Shown: positions 28,177-44,229 of the stretch, piece after piece
Numbering within the stretch: the first letter of the stretch is position 1
Layout of the letters: every line of letters starts with the position of its first letter
Assembly: GCF_009914755.1 (NCBI RefSeq)
Contig: NC_060939.1
DNA from: the human T2T-CHM13v2.0 reference genome, Homo sapiens
DNA: 64,000 bases
Strand: one strand, 5' to 3'
Program-made: the position numbers and the translations under genes
The notes under the pieces: generated by a model
The model's input: the letters and a program-made list of their open reading frames with translations, nothing else
Told to the model about the DNA's origin: nothing
The model's database searches: none

Positions 28177-28768
28177 CTGCAAATAAGAGTAAATAAAAAG
28201 TTGGTACAGATAAATGATGCTTTGTATAATACAAATTTAGACAACAATGACCAGTGGTCTAAATATCTGCTCTGTATTTACCCCAGTTCTCTCAATCTCT
28301 TCTGAATGACTCCCTTCACCTCTACCCCTCAACACAGACAATTAAAATGGAATTATAGTTATTTTTCGGGACTTAGCCCATCCCAGACCTCATTTGGAGT
28401 GCCAAAGTTCTAGTTTCCATTCTAATACTAAATATAATGCCAATTTACTAGTTATGGCACACATGCATTAGGGCTACTGCTATATGTAACACAGGCTCAT
28501 GAAGTAAGAACCCTTTGCTCAAATTAAGGTAGACCTCTAACATTTATTTCTCATAGTACCTGAAAATGTTTCTTTTTGAAATATTATGACTACAGAATGG
28601 CCTAAAATGTCAGTTATTCAGCTGACTGACAGAATAGAAAGAAAGAGGGTTCAGAAACAGGAGTTTTGTGGAGTTTTAAAAGAAACAGAAAATTTAAAAA
28701 CATTCCTAATCCAGTTGAAATGGCAAACTATTGTTCATCATTACAATTATAATAGGTAGTAAAATTAC

Positions 28769-28915
28769 CGTTTGGGTTGATTATAAGGATAAGGACCCCT
28801 ATTAGGAATAACATGGGGCTCAACAATTAAGGTTTTTGCTTCCTCGGTGTCTTCATCTTCCACATCCGCATCTTTCCTTTTCTTCCCTTTTCCACTTCTT
28901 ACTGGAAAAGTTATC
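28769..28915 (-). CDS. AQR: AQR coding exon 11/21 (~aa 748-797, [14 protein letters not shown]...NQPKR)
   Basis: 147 nt, tag/G...CG/gtaatt, phase 2-2; basic GKGKKRK followed by an acidic patch. Confidence 0.96.
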
Positions 28916-29813
28916 CTACAAGACCAAAACTTCTGTTCATTTTTGCAATTAACAAGGATTTACTGAGTACCTATCTGGTGCATGACATTGTATGCACGAT
29001 AATCAGAGGAGTAAGAAACATTTCTGGCTTAAAGGAACGATATCTGTATGTAAACTCTGAAAATGGTCGAGTTACAAGCCCTAACGTGTGTTGGGAGTTT
29101 TCAAATTTAAAAAAGTCACCCAGTTAACGGAGAATTACGGGAGAATTTAAAGAAACATTAAATATTATCTCATGTGCATTGTAAAGTGTTTTATTCATTG
29201 TCTGTCCTTCATTTAATCAGAAAAAAATTTCATGGGACAGATGGCATCTAAGATGAGTCTCAAAGAATTTAGACATTCAAAGACGGGAAGAGAAGACATT
29301 CCTGGAAGAAAGAAGCAACAGCAGAGGCCAAGTACAAGCAGCGTATTTCGCCTGGGCATAGGGTAGAGAAAAATAAGGCTGAAGAGACAGAAGCCTTGTT
29401 ATGACAGGAACCTTATAATGACATGTCTAGAATATGAAGCTTTTAAGGCAGAGGGTCATAACCTGGGGTTAGGAGGTAACTCCCCACAGATACCTCAGGG
29501 AAGTCAATGAACTCCCTAAAATTGAACTAAAAAATTCATTCTCTATGTGTACTTTTTCCAGTTGTCTTTCACATTCTAAAAAAATAGATAACACCAAAGA
29601 ATGCTAAGAGCCAATGAGGCTAAGTGGTCAGCACTTATTTTGGTAAGAAATAGGAGCATATCAGCTTTTTAGCTAGGCAGTGAATAGCTCTAGCAGTAAA
29701 CCATGTAATGGATTCTAGTGAGGTGAGACAGGGAGGAAAGATTTTGCTATCATAAAGACTGCTGAGGGCCTAAAGAGGGAGCAGTACAAATGGCACATGA
29801 AAAAACTATCCTC

Positions 29814-30087
<274 letters not shown>

Positions 30088-30095
30088 CTATCCTT

Positions 30096-30483
<388 letters not shown>

Positions 30484-30550
30484 TCAAGATGCAGGAGTAG
30501 AAAAATGTCTTTGCCATAAATAGGATTAGGAAAGTATGGAGGGAGACTAG

Positions 30551-30880
<330 letters not shown>

Positions 30881-31100
30881 TATTATTATATATATATATA
30901 TATACAGTTGAAAGCTGTGTGTTTTCTAATTTCTAGGCAAGAAAGTAATCTGTGGGCTACCACCCATAGGTATACTCAGTGCCTTACCACTAATCCATAT
31001 GAAGGAATTCAGGGAATAACAACCAATTATTTCAGGTACTTTGTTCTGTTTTCACTTAAATTTTAAGACCAGACCTAATTTAAGATTAAATATGACTATT

Positions 31101-31402
31101 GTATTTATTTTATTTATTTAGAGATGAGGTCTTCCTCTGTCACCCAGGCTGGAGTACAGTGGCACAACCATAGCTTACTACAGACTTAAACGCCTGGGTT
31201 CACACAATCCTCCTGCCTCAGCCTCCTGAGTTCCTGAAATTACAGGTGTGCGCCACCATGCCCAGCTACTTTTTTGAATTTTTTTAGAGATGGGGTCTCG
31301 CTATGTTGCCCAGGCTGGTTTTGAATTCGTGGCCTCAAGCAGTCCTCCCGCCTTAGCCTCTGAAGTCACTGGGATTATATGCATGAGCCATCATACCCAG
31401 CT
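31101..31402 (-). mobile_element. AluJ-like
   Basis: Reverse Alu dimer. Confidence 0.9.
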
Positions 31403-31831
31403 ATATTATGAACATTTCAAATTTGTGAAAGCACGCAAAGTTAAAAGAAAAAAAGATTTTTTTCCTAAAAACAAAGTTCAACATCACACAGCTGCATTAG
31501 TTGAGAAACATACCAGACTATGCATAACTGCCAAGACATATTTTAGTCAAATGCTATAAATATATTTATATAGTTCTCTTCAGACAATAAGTATTTATTG
31601 ATCCCTTATTAGGTATTAGACTACTTTTACTGTGGTCTTAAAACAACTTCTGCAGTAAGAAATAGATTCAAATATAATAAAGTTATCCCAGTGATTGTAT
31701 GGTGAAGGTAGGGACTGCTAAAACAAAATCCAAATATAGTACTCAAAACTCACTTTAGCTAACAATCCTGATGGCATAACGTACATTGACTACAGAATGC
31801 TGGAGAGGAGCGTACCCAGTTCTGACTTTAC

Positions 31832-32073
31832 CTGAAAGGGGGTATTTGTAGAGCAGGGTCTTCTACAGTTACTTTAACATTATGACCAGGGAAGCTGGCT
31901 TTTAAATGCTCAATGGAGAGAAATGTATCATTGAAATCAAGGGTGGCAATCTGATTGGGCATTTTCGAATAATGTGCACTACTTGGGTCCCCATAACCTA
32001 AAATGATATCGTGCAGCCAGTCAGGTACCACACAATCAGTATTCATCAGGTTCCGAATAGTCTCCAGCACAGC
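31832..32073 (-). CDS. AQR: AQR coding exon 10/21 (~aa 668-748, AVLETIRNL...IPPFR)
   Basis: 242 nt, cag/GCT...AG/gtaaag, phase 0-2. Confidence 0.97.
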
Positions 32074-32899
32074 CTGTCAGTAAAAGGACAGAAAAAGATT
32101 GTGTCAGTATGACATCTCCAACATTTGCACTTACTGGAATGCAGAGCTGGCTGCACTAATCCAGAATTCCCGAGTGTTTCAGAGCAAGAAGCTATTTTCC
32201 GCTGGCTGACAGGTGCTTGGCTAGACTGAATCAACAGCTATATTTTCAGCTGATACCACACACTGAGTTAAACAAAAGACCAAACTTAGCAAGAACAGTT
32301 TATCCGTTAAGAGTTCGCTTAGACAGAATGACATAAATAAATTTACCATTTGACTCCTATTGAGTAGGATGAAAACCAGACTCAGGTGGACACAGCAGTA
32401 AAAAAAACAATATAGAACAAACCCTTAAAGAAAATACTTCCTCTCAGTAACTCCTGGAATTTTTCCCTCTTTATATTCCATAGTTCTTTAATGCTAAAGT
32501 CACCCACAACCAGAAGCACATTAATGTATGCTTCAATTGTGATGAAACGTCACAACTTAGAAATATTAAAATTAAGACTGTGAGAAGAAATAAAAAAGCG
32601 AACAAAATGATAAAAATAAAGGAAATATCAAATAAAATTTCAGAAGGAAAGAATCAGGACTACAACAAAAGGTCATTATAGTAGTTAGCATATATGCTGT
32701 CAAAAATAATTACAAAAAGCCAAGGGAAATTCTTAGACTTTCCAAAAATCATTTCAACAAAGTGAGCTATCTCACATATAGAAATTTGGAGGCTAGGCTA
32801 TTAATTTCAAAGAATAAAATAACCAAACCGACCATTTTTAAATCATAACTGTTATACAACTTTTGAAAACGATAAGATAGTATATGTTAATCACACCCT

Positions 32900-34770
32900 T
32901 AATCATGTTGCCTTGCTTTATGTTCTTACACTTACCAGTACCTGACATTCTCTTGTTCAGGTACTTGGTTATTTGTTTTATCCCTACTATCCCTACTATC
33001 ATTTGTTTAATCCCTACTAAAATATAATTCCCACAAGAGTAGGGATCTAGAACAGTTTAAATATGGAATGGGTGAATGAATGAATACCCAAATGAGTATA
33101 TTCACCTAACAATGATGAATAAGATCAGGGCTCTGCCCTCTAAGGAAATTACAGTTTTAGTAGCAAGATAAAATATGTCCTTAACTGTAACACAAAGCAG
33201 CAGAATGGTAAATAGTAAAGAATGTTACAAAATACAGTGGGAACAAAGTTCACAGTAAATCAGAGAGATGGATGCAGGGGACACTTAACATTAGGAAAGG
33301 TTTCATGGAGGAAAGTGGCATTTTTATTGAACTCAAGTAAAAGATTTGTGAAGGAGCTTTGATTTATTTCATCATGAATAGAAAGTCAAAGAAATGTTCT
33401 GAGAGGGAGAGTAAAATGATCAGTGTCACACAGTAGGAGGAAACATGAAAAACAGGTGACTGGCTATGAGGAGACTCAAGGGTAGACAAAGAGGAGGCTA
33501 CTATAACTGTCTAGGCAAAAAATAAAGTATCCAGATTAGGACAGGTTGTACAAACTGGAAAAGAGAAAAGGCAATAAATGAGAGATGCTACACAGATACA
33601 TAATGAAACACCAAAGAAACCAAAAGAGCATTCTTTTTTTCCTAAACATAGGCAAGTTAATCATTCCCCCTCTTTCTTGGATCAGAAACTAAATGCCTCC
33701 TTTGAACTTTCAGGACACTTTTATCCACAGGCTTTTTATGGCTTTTGGTACCTTCTAACTGTTCATGGTAGGCATCTGTCTATATTTCTAGCTTCTCTAA
33801 AGGTGTAAGTTGTGTCTGATTCATCTTCATAAGCTTCATCTTAGCACAATATCTGACTTACAGTAGGCACTAAATAGTCAAACAAATGAATATAAGAAAA
33901 CAATGTTTTAGTTTTCAGTGAAGTAACTGAGATTTATTTACTGAAAACTGACCAACTGTGACAGTCAAAGGTACTATAAAACTTGGAAACTCTTAGATTT
34001 CTCCATCCTTCGATCACTCAATAAATGTTTATTAAGAACATACTATATAACAGGCACAGTTCTAGGTGCTAAGGATACACTGGCAGACAAAACAAAGACC
34101 CTGCCCTCATAGACTTGCTTGCTTCATTGCTTTCTAATGAAGAATTCAGATACATAACAAATGTATAATCATCAGTTATGATACAGGCTCTGAGGAAAAA
34201 TAAAGGTAATAGGGTAGAAAATGATGAGAAGGGAAGATGCTACTTTAGGTAAGGTTGCCAGGGAAGGCTTCTCTTAGGAGGTGACATTGAAAAACAGTTG
34301 CCCATGTCAGGTGAGGAAAAGAACTATGTAAATACCTGGGGATAATTACCTAAGTAAAAGGAACACCATGTGAAAAGTCTTGGATTATTTTAAAAAACAG
34401 CAAAAAGGACAGTGTGACTGACATGGAGTGAATAGGAAAAAGTGTTAGAAAATGATGTTGGAGAGGACACCAGAAGACAGATAATGAGAGGGCCTTTTGG
34501 ATTATGGTAGGAACTTTCTAATGTGATGGGAAACCATTAAAGAATGTTAAGTGGGGGTATCAAATCAAGGTATACTTCACATTTTAAAAGGATTATTCAG
34601 CCATTATGTGGACATGTGTAAGGGGAGGAATAGACAAGAAAGGAGGCAGGGATATGAGAGATAAAGGTGTCCTGGACATGGCATCAGCAGAGGTGATGAG
34701 CTAATCAGACTTACTGATAGATTAGAGGTAGAGTATGAGATAAAGAGAAATTAAGGATATCTCCATTTGT
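32900..34770. mobile_element. Cluster of L2 fragments in both orientations
   Basis: cagtaggcactaaatag; aggcacagttctaggtgctaaggatac; gggaaggcttctcttaggaggtgacatt. Confidence 0.7.
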
Positions 34771-35545
34771 GTTCAACAACAGGGAGAGATGAAGAACAAG
34801 TTCTGCTGTTCAAAAGATTTTCTTAAAAAATCACAACAACAGGGTTACATAAAAGTAATAAAATGATAGGAATGTCTAAGAAGTACTGCACTTTGGGAGA
34901 AAGAGAAAAGAAAGGCACTCTTTCTGCAAAAGCTACATGTATCAAATGCTAGAACTGTTCAATGTTTAAGTTTTATAATATAGTTTCAAATAATGGTTTT
35001 TAAAACTATCCTTTACTAAAACTCTTCTCCCCACAAAGTTATTCTAAAAGTAGAACTTTGAGCCACCAAACCTCCCTTTCCTACTAATGAGTAAAAATAT
35101 ATTATAACGTATAGTAATTCAGAGCCTTGAGATTCCATATCTGTATTCTTAAAGTGACCTGGAAGTATACCTACTTTTGATTCAAAAAAGAAGCCCCAGT
35201 AAACAAGTAAGCAAGTTTTCTTCACTTCATAATAGGGCATTAACTGAATACCTAATATACAAAAAGCAAAAAAGGAGGTGGACCTTTAGAATAACACTTG
35301 GATTCATCTATATTTTAAGTTTTTAAACTCCTCAAAAGACAAAATAGATTTAAGAAATCAATTTCTTTAAATTTTTATATTTCATCATTTTGTTAAAAGT
35401 TTAAGAGGATTGCTTATAGTAAAAATAAAAGCAGTCATTATTTTTTTCTTAACAAATCTTCCTCTAACCAAATATCTCTGTATTTATGTCATAAAAGTTA
35501 CTTAAATTATGACATAGTACTTTTAGTTACATACCCCCAAATTAC

Positions 35546-35715
35546 CTTAAAGTTATTTTCCTTTGGTTTTCTCCTCATTATTATATTAAAAGTTTCATAC
35601 ACATCCTCTGCTCCATTTTGTATAGTATTGGTCATATCTTGTTGATACTGGTTTGGATCCAAAAACACTCTAAATGTCCTTGATTCTCCTCTAAGATTGG
35701 GTCTGGGTTCAGGTC
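35546..35715 (-). CDS. AQR: AQR coding exon 9/21 (~aa 611-667, PEPRPNL...KENNFK)
   Basis: 170 nt, cag/GA...AAG/gtaatt, phase 1-0. Confidence 0.96.
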
Positions 35716-36661
35716 CTGGACAATTTGAAAAAGTTTGTTAAATAAAATATGTATTTTTCAAATATCAAAATAAGTTAACAGTATTTCTTTTCTAGAAATG
35801 GTGAGTAAATGGTTCAGGCTTAACTCCAACCATTCTTCCCAAAGTAGAATGCCCTCCACTCACCCACTTCAAATTCTAAGATGCTGAAAGTATTTTCTTC
35901 TTTCTCTAAATTCTTACTATTTCCTTCCATAGCAGTCATGTAATGTTTACGATGCAACACCATGACTTGCAATAATTTGTACACACACTCAACTAAAATA
36001 GGAGTACTTAGAAGTCAAAGAACTTATCTTTACTTTTGTCACTCATAGCTCCCACTACTGCCTTACATATAGTAAGTATTCAATAAATATTTTCTAATTA
36101 AATATATGTATTTTAGAATTTAAGGCATAGTTTTCTATTCATTAATTCCTTAATTTGACAGAGGTTCATCACTTTTCTCATCCTTCCACATTCCATACCT
36201 AGTATAACCAGCATGAAAAGAAATTTCACATACACAGAAATGTAGGATACTAATGGTTGAAAGCCCAGAGCCTTTTCTTTCCTCTCTGACATATCTCCTC
36301 TTTTTTGGGGGGGGTGGGGGGAAGGGGGGGTCTTAGACCTCGAACTTTGGTTCCATTATGTGGCCTTATGCTTATTCCATCCATTTTCCATTCCCTTCTC
36401 CTATTTCCTCTCATTCTAGAGATAAATAACTTAATCATCAGCAGTTTAGCAATGATATAATCTCTAAACCACAGATAGCATAAACTGACTAAAGTTTCAA
36501 AAGAAGTACAACAACCAAATTGTAAAATAAGCACTAGACATGTATGCAGTTGTAATTTAATAATAAGTATTATAAAGGAAGTCAGGACAACAGAAGAAAG
36601 AATTTCAAAGGGATAATAAGTGATACACATAAGAAATCAAATAACTGACTAATTTTGTAAA

Positions 36662-36869
36662 GCAGTGTTTTTAAATGCGGTAAAGTTGGCATCTTATGCA
36701 GGATAATTCCTTCTTTTATTTCTGTTCAGATGTTTAGCATCCTTGGCTCACAGTTACCTAATGCCAAGAGCCTGCCATTCCTCACCTCTATCCCGGTCAT
36801 TTGAAAACCTAAATATCACTATGCATTTTCAAACGCAGGACAGTATTGTTCCCAATTAAGAACCACCAC
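36662..36869. mobile_element. MER20-like hAT relic
   Basis: ggataattc...gatgtttagcatcc...ttaagaaccac. Confidence 0.55.
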
Positions 36870-36997
36870 TACAATGAATTAAAATAGTCAAATTTAAGAA
36901 GAAAAAATATATCATTGAACACAAAAAAGCTTGGACAACTGTAAGAGATATTTAGAGTGTTTCTTAAAAAAAATATGGTAAAGTATTACATATTTTA

Positions 36998-37610
<613 letters not shown>

Positions 37611-37754
37611 CTACACATATTTGATACAAAATCCTTTGTGTCAATTTAGTAGGTAAAAGAACTAAAAAATATTACCTAAGAAGCAAAAAGGGAAAAAGGC
37701 AAAGAAATTTATCATTCTATACACATACTCTTTCAAAAATATAGGTCACCATAC

Positions 37755-37922
37755 CATCTTCAATGACACGTCCTTTATCATCCAGCATGCCCTGAATTTC
37801 ACAGCCTCTGACATAAACCAGGCCAACCTGCTCAATAAAAGGTCTCCTCCGGTCAAACTTAGTGCCATAAGGTTTTGTGGGACGTACGGTAATTAAAAAG
37901 CATACATCATGCTTACGAAGAC
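37755..37922 (-). CDS. AQR: AQR coding exon 8/21 (~aa 555-611, LRKHDVCFL...RVIED)
   Basis: 168 nt, cag/GT...G/gtatgg, phase 1-1. Confidence 0.96.
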
Positions 37923-39379
37923 CTGGTAAGATATAAAGACATTTTCATTTATTAGAATTTCATTGTTTTCAGTCTTTTGTAGGCAAATTCTTATTTGCCT
38001 CTCTACCTCTTATCTTTGGTAGAGAGATACCGTTGAGTGACCAATGATTATTATCGCATTGTAACACAATTATGGGCTTTTCTATAATCTTTAATACTCA
38101 ATATTTCATAGCATTAATTGAAATGAAAACTTCTTTATATTAAAATTAGAAACATTCATGCCATGAATATATTACTGAATAAGCCCTCCAAGTCATGCTA
38201 CAGCTCCAAAATTGGATGTTCGTCATCATTCTTATTTTTAACAATCTTAATAAGTAACCAAAAATATGGCTGGCATATAATCCATCTATAGCATATTTAG
38301 CAGGTTTTTAATATCAGTTTAAACTATCTATCAGTGTCATTCCAAAGACAGCCTAATTGTATTTCACTAAAACAGGTCAACTCAAGAATAATTAATCAAG
38401 GCAAAAAAGTATTGTTTACAGGTATGATCTTGAGAAAGATGGCTGAATATATACAGTTTCAGTTGGCAAATCGTGAACATTTTTATAAGTGAATGTCAAG
38501 AAAAAGGAGACTTGTGCCAGAGTCCACAGCTTCTTGGTCACTAGACCCAATAAAGAACTCAAATGGCTTCCCAGCTCTATTAAAAGTAGAGAAACTGGAA
38601 GACAAGGATTATAAAATTAGACCTCACAGCATGTAATGCTACACCACTTAATCTTCATTCCATTTCTGATGTTTTTGTTAGCCATTACATGACATAAATG
38701 TAAATGTAAACAGTCTGCTTGCTCACAACCTTGTTAACAACAAACACAATGAAATCAAATCAACAATGTGGGCATATGGCTAATAGTACTGAAAATATTT
38801 TGGTTTGTTTTAATTGGGGGACTGGTTAGAGTATGGGTAAAGGTAGAAATAATAACTCTATTCATAATACTGACTTAATTATTTCCCAATAAATTCTATG
38901 CAAAGCAGCAAGAGAAGTAATGAGAATGAATGGGAATCATCCTACTCTCTGAGTTGTACTACCTGTGTGATGTCTGATCTGCACAGCTCATTAAAACTTC
39001 TAAGTCTTACAGCCAAAGAAGTGGTCCTGAGAAGTCATTTATCCTCTCCCAAGATAGGAGTTACTTTTTGGCATCACTGAGGGATGACCTCTTGTTCCTT
39101 CCTAAAACAAACCACTTTACTCTGGGACATCTTAGATCCACATTTTTTAAAATCCTATATGTCTCTCTCCTTGCAACCATTTGTATCCACCCTATCCTAG
39201 CTGTGCTTTCTGGAGCAAATCTGGCATTTCCATTTCATGAATTCTGTTTCCTTAACTTTAAATGAGAATATTGAAGAAGATAAGGGCTTGAGGTTCACAC
39301 CTTTTCAAAGGGACAAAAGGAATGTTTTATGGTATTTAGTTTAATAATCTTTAAAATTTACTTTTATAAAACAATATTC

Positions 39380-39658
39380 AGCTGGGCACGGTGGCTCACG
39401 CCTGTAATCCCAGCACTTTAGGAAGCTGAGGCAGGTGGATCACAAGACCAGCCTGGCCAAGATGGTGAAACCCCGTCTCTACTAAAAATACAAAAAATTA
39501 GCTGGGCGTGGTGGCGGGTGCCTGTAATCCCAGCTACTCGGGAGGCTGAGGCAGAGAATTGTTTGAACCCAGGAGGTGGAGGTTGCAGTGAGCCGAGATT
39601 GTGCCACTGCCCTCCAGACTGGGCGACAGAGTGAGACTCCGTCTAAAAAAAAAAAAAA
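39380..39658 (+). mobile_element. Alu (S-type, small internal deletion)
   Basis: Alu dimer; ggatcac joined directly to aagaccagcc. Confidence 0.93.
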
Positions 39659-41344
39659 TGTATTATTGTTTACAGAATCTCTCCTTTTTACTCCATTTTC
39701 TATTTGGCTACCCTATCTGTGATCAATATAGGGGCTGGTTTTTGGCCCAGGCCTCCCATAAAACACTTTTCTCTCCATCATACCCCAGATTATCACTCAT
39801 CCCACAATACCCTATTGTGCCCTATCTTGCCCATCAAAATGTACCCTGTCCAGTTCTCATTCTACCAGAGGCTGATGTTTAAAAGAAAAAAAGACTGTCT
39901 CATGTCCTTCTGAAAGCAGTCAGTAATGGGGGAAGTGGCCTGTTTTTAAACATCCTTTTGTTTTCCTTAACACCAAAATGCAGACCTCTCATCTATAAAT
40001 TCCTATAGAGTCCTTTAAAATAAACAAAATTCCAACTATCTACTACTTCTGGGGGTACCCAGTAAGTTATCTCAGTTTATTACCCACAGTGTTTAATATC
40101 TCCTTAAGCTTCAAGGAATAATAAATATGAGACCTTCTCCAGCAACTTAATGGCTTTCTCGAGGCTCAGCAATAATAAAGGTGCACATTAGTCTAGATGA
40201 GTAATATACCAGGATGGAACTCTTTTGAAGGATACAAGGGTTATAAAACAATCTGTCATAAACTATACCCGCTACAGTAGGCATTTGTTAAACATTTGGC
40301 TAGCTTTGTTGCTGGATTCCTTCAGAATTCTTTGATATAGTTCCCATGATTATAAACAGCTACACTGGTAGTAATAATTTCTGAAAACAGATCCATTAAG
40401 GGACATCCTTTCCTTCTGGCATGCCAAGAAGGTAAAAGGAGGTAAAACCTACTGACTACTGTTTCTCAAAACAGGGCTTTAAGTAAGACCTCTCACAGGA
40501 CAGCTGGGAGAAAAATATAAAACTGCCTATTAGAAATCAGTTCATATGTCACTTCTGGCAGAGGTCTTATTGATGTTTTAACTCTATTGGACTTAGTAAT
40601 TTTGAACATATCTGCCTCCAAAACAAATTAATTTTGACATGGAACTCTAATCCTTAAAATCTTGCCTAGCAAAAATAGGAGGAATAACTCCTTTAATTTC
40701 TTTGCAATTATTATATATCCTTGACTACATTTGACTTCACTGACTCTTTATCCTTTCTGCCTTAGGCGCAAATAAACTATTATTTATTTCTGAATTGTTT
40801 CACTATAGCCCTGCCCACCCCCACATATTCTTTTTAAGCTTGCCTAATTTTTATTTTCCACAAAGTGTATGTATTTCTATTTTTTTCACCTTGGCTACTT
40901 TTATCTTTTGAAAAATACCAATTTTCCTTACTGCTCTGCATGTTTGTATGTTATATGTGGGCTTTCTCCCTGCTCTTTGGTGAACACTAATATTTTTATT
41001 CTTTTATATTGATGCCAGAAATCCATAAATATTATTTTGCTAAATTTAAGACTTAAAATGCTCTCCTCTAGGCTTTGCAAACTTCAGTTTTCAAAACGTT
41101 GATATGTATGCAATTTTATACTTTTTATTAAAGTATTAAGATACCTAAATATTCTTGTATGATCCCTGGTATTTTTAAAACTAATAATTAGAAAAAAAGT
41201 TGCTATTCTTTAAATCAAATTTCAAGGATAACGCTTAATAAAAGCTTTAAAGGATAACATTTAGTAAAAGTACTTTGTTAATGCTCTAAGTGAAAGTTCA
41301 TAACAAGGCAAAAGGTAATGTCACTTTTTGAAATACAAACTTAC

Positions 41345-41523
41345 CTTCCCATTCATCTTTGATGTGATCTCTGACATTGAGATTTATGGTAACATCTGCA
41401 CGAACTCGGGTTGGCCAGTTTTCACCTATGTTGGGTTTGGCCACTTCAACGACAGTGAAAGCCACAATGGGCTGGGCCATTCGCGCCCAACCACCAAACA
41501 CTACACCGCCATATTCAGATTGC
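41345..41523 (-). CDS. AQR: AQR coding exon 7/21 (~aa 495-555, [15 protein letters not shown]...DEWE)
   Basis: 179 nt, cag/G...G/gtaagt, phase 2-1; beta-barrel region. Confidence 0.97.
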
Positions 41524-41877
41524 CTGAAACCAAAGAAATGGATGATTACTCAAACAAAAAATAATTTATCCCCAACTTTTAGACAAGTTAAAACTAGTAA
41601 GTAGGAATACTGTTCAGCTAGTATTTAAGTCCTAATATTAGTAACTCTTATTTCTTAACTTAAAAAAAAGAAAACCTTTAACTCTCAAAGTATGCAAAGT
41701 ATATAAGATAGCATGAAACAGGGATATGATAGCATGAAACAGGCAAACATGGTCCAGAAAAGAAAGAGAAGTAGAGGAATATCTCCTCTCCAACCTAAGA
41801 AAAAAGCTAACCCTATGTACATAAGAGCATTCTGGGGCTGAGCCATTTTATCAAAGAAATAAATAATCCAGCACACT

Positions 41878-43470
41878 TAGTTTTATTTCAGCTTTATTGA
41901 CGTATACTTGACAAATAAAAATTGTATATAGTTAAGGAATACAATGTGATGTTTTAAACTATGTATACACTGTGATATCATTACCAACACAGTTAGCATT
42001 TTTTGTGTGTGTGGTAAGAATACTTAAGATCTATCCTGTCAAGTTTCAAGTACATAAAACATTAATTATAGTCACTATACTTTACATTAGATCTCCAAAC
42101 TTATGTATCTTGTAACTGAAAGTTTAGACCCTTTGACCAACATGACCCCATTTTCCCCACCTACAACCTGATAACTGCCCTTCTACTGCTTCTATGAATT
42201 TGCCTTTTTTAGATTCCATATGTAAAGTGAGATAATCAGTTTTTGTCTATCTGTATCTGGCTTAATACATTTAGCATAATGTACTCCTGGTTTATCCATG
42301 TTGTCAAAAAAAGGATTTCCTTCTTTTTAAAAGGTGAATCATATCCCATTGTGTGTTTTTATATATGTACACACACACCACATTTTCACATTTTCTTTAT
42401 CCATTCAGCCCTTAAGTTGTTTCCACATCTTGGTTATTGTGAATAATGCTGCAATGAACACAAGAGTGCAGACATCTCTTTGGGACAGTGATTTTATTTC
42501 CTTTGGATAAACATTCAGAAGTGGGTTTGCTGGATCATATGATAGCTCTGTTTTTTAATTTTTTGAGGAACCTCCATACTGCTTTCCATAATGGCTGCAC
42601 TAATTGACATTCCCACCAATAGTGTATAAGAGTTCCCTTTTCTCCACATCCTTGCAAACACTTGTTATCTTTTGACTTTTGATAACAGCCATTCTAACAG
42701 GTGTGAGGTTTGAATATCTCATTGTGGTTTTGGTATGCATTCCCTTGATGATTTGTGATGTGGAACACCTTTTCATCTATCTGTCATTTGTATGTCTTCC
42801 TACAAAAAATAGTATTGAAGTCCTTCACCCATTTTTTATTGGGTTATTTGGTCTTCTGCTATTGAGTATTATGAGTTCCTTACATATTTTGGATATTAAC
42901 TTCTAATCAGACACATGGTTTGCAAATATTTTCTTCCATTCTGTAAGGCTGCCTTTTCATTTTGTTGACTGTTTCCTTTGCTGTATAGAAACTTTTCAGT
43001 TTGATGTGGTCCCCATTTACTTATTTTTGCTTTTGTTCTCCATGCTTTTGGTATCACCCAAAAATCATTGCCAAGACAAATGTTATGGAGCTTTTCCCCT
43101 ATGTTTTCTTCTCGGAGTTTCATGGGTTCAGGTCTTACGTTAAAATCTTCAATCTATCTTCAGTTAACTTTTGTGTATCATGTAATATAGGGATCCTATT
43201 TCATTTTTTTACAAGTAGATATCTAGCTTTCCCAAGACCATTTTCATTTCCCCATTGTATACTCTTGGCACATGCATCGAAGATTAAATGATTGTACAAG
43301 TGTGGGTTTACTTCTGGGCTTTCTGTTCTCTTTTGTTGGTCTATGTGTTTTTATGCCAGTAACATACTGTTTTGACCACTGTAGCTTTGTAATATAATTT
43401 GAAATCAGGAAGTATGATGTCTCCAGCTTTGTTCTTCTTGATCAAGATTGCTTTAGCTATTCAGGGTCTC
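41878..43470 (-). mobile_element. L1MA-like 3' fragment
   Basis: L1 3'UTR and ORF2 C-terminal remnants (track ORFs 42679-43611). Confidence 0.85.
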
Positions 43471-44229
43471 TTCATGTTACAAATTGGCAGCTTTTTATTT
43501 CAGCTTGGAGAACTTCCCTTAGCATTTATTGTAAGGCAGTCTAGTGGTCATAAACTCTCTCAGTTTTTGTTCTCTTCTGTTTTTCTGTCTTTATTTCTCT
43601 TTCATTTCTGAAGGACCTCTTTACTTAGTTTTATTTTATATTGTTATCCTTTTATCCTCTTCATAAAGACCATTTCAATTGTTAATATTTTATTTTCTAT
43701 ATTTTAAGTATTTCTATAAGCTGTTTCAAATACATTTTAGGACAAGCTATAATTTCAAAAAAAATTAAAAACAAGCAAACAAAGAATATCTATGTAAAAA
43801 CCTCCTTTAGAGCATATTTAAATCATTTAAAAGATGTTGCTATGGATTGGAAGGAAAAAAAAAAACAAGCTAGTTGTAATAAACAGAACCACTAACATCC
43901 CAATGCCCATTCTTTCTTCTTATGTCAGTCTAACGAGTCTTTAGTTTTTATATTAAAAAGTTGTATTTGGGAAATACGTAACATAAAAACTGAAGCAACA
44001 CTCCAAAGTTATGAAGTACTGCAGAATACAACATACCTACAAAGATAAACTGCCTCCTATGTAAAGACTTTATGTCACAACAAAAAATTGTAGCACTTCA
44101 TAACATTAAAAAGAGAAACTAATTAAAAACAAAATTCTGCAATCAATGGCTTGGTTAGTATTGGGACAATGTCTAAAAGGAATTACTTAGTGGCTAAACC
44201 CTTGTGAAACAACTTCCTATCACCTCCTC

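Noticed and set aside
32129-32134. GTAAGT donor-like motif upstream of exon 10
   Set aside because: It would define a 61-nt intron, shorter than typical human introns, and I found no matching upstream exon
41708-41742. Short direct repeat gatagcatgaaacagg twice (similar micro-duplications near 5758 and 32980)
   Set aside because: Ordinary slippage micro-duplications with no sign of function
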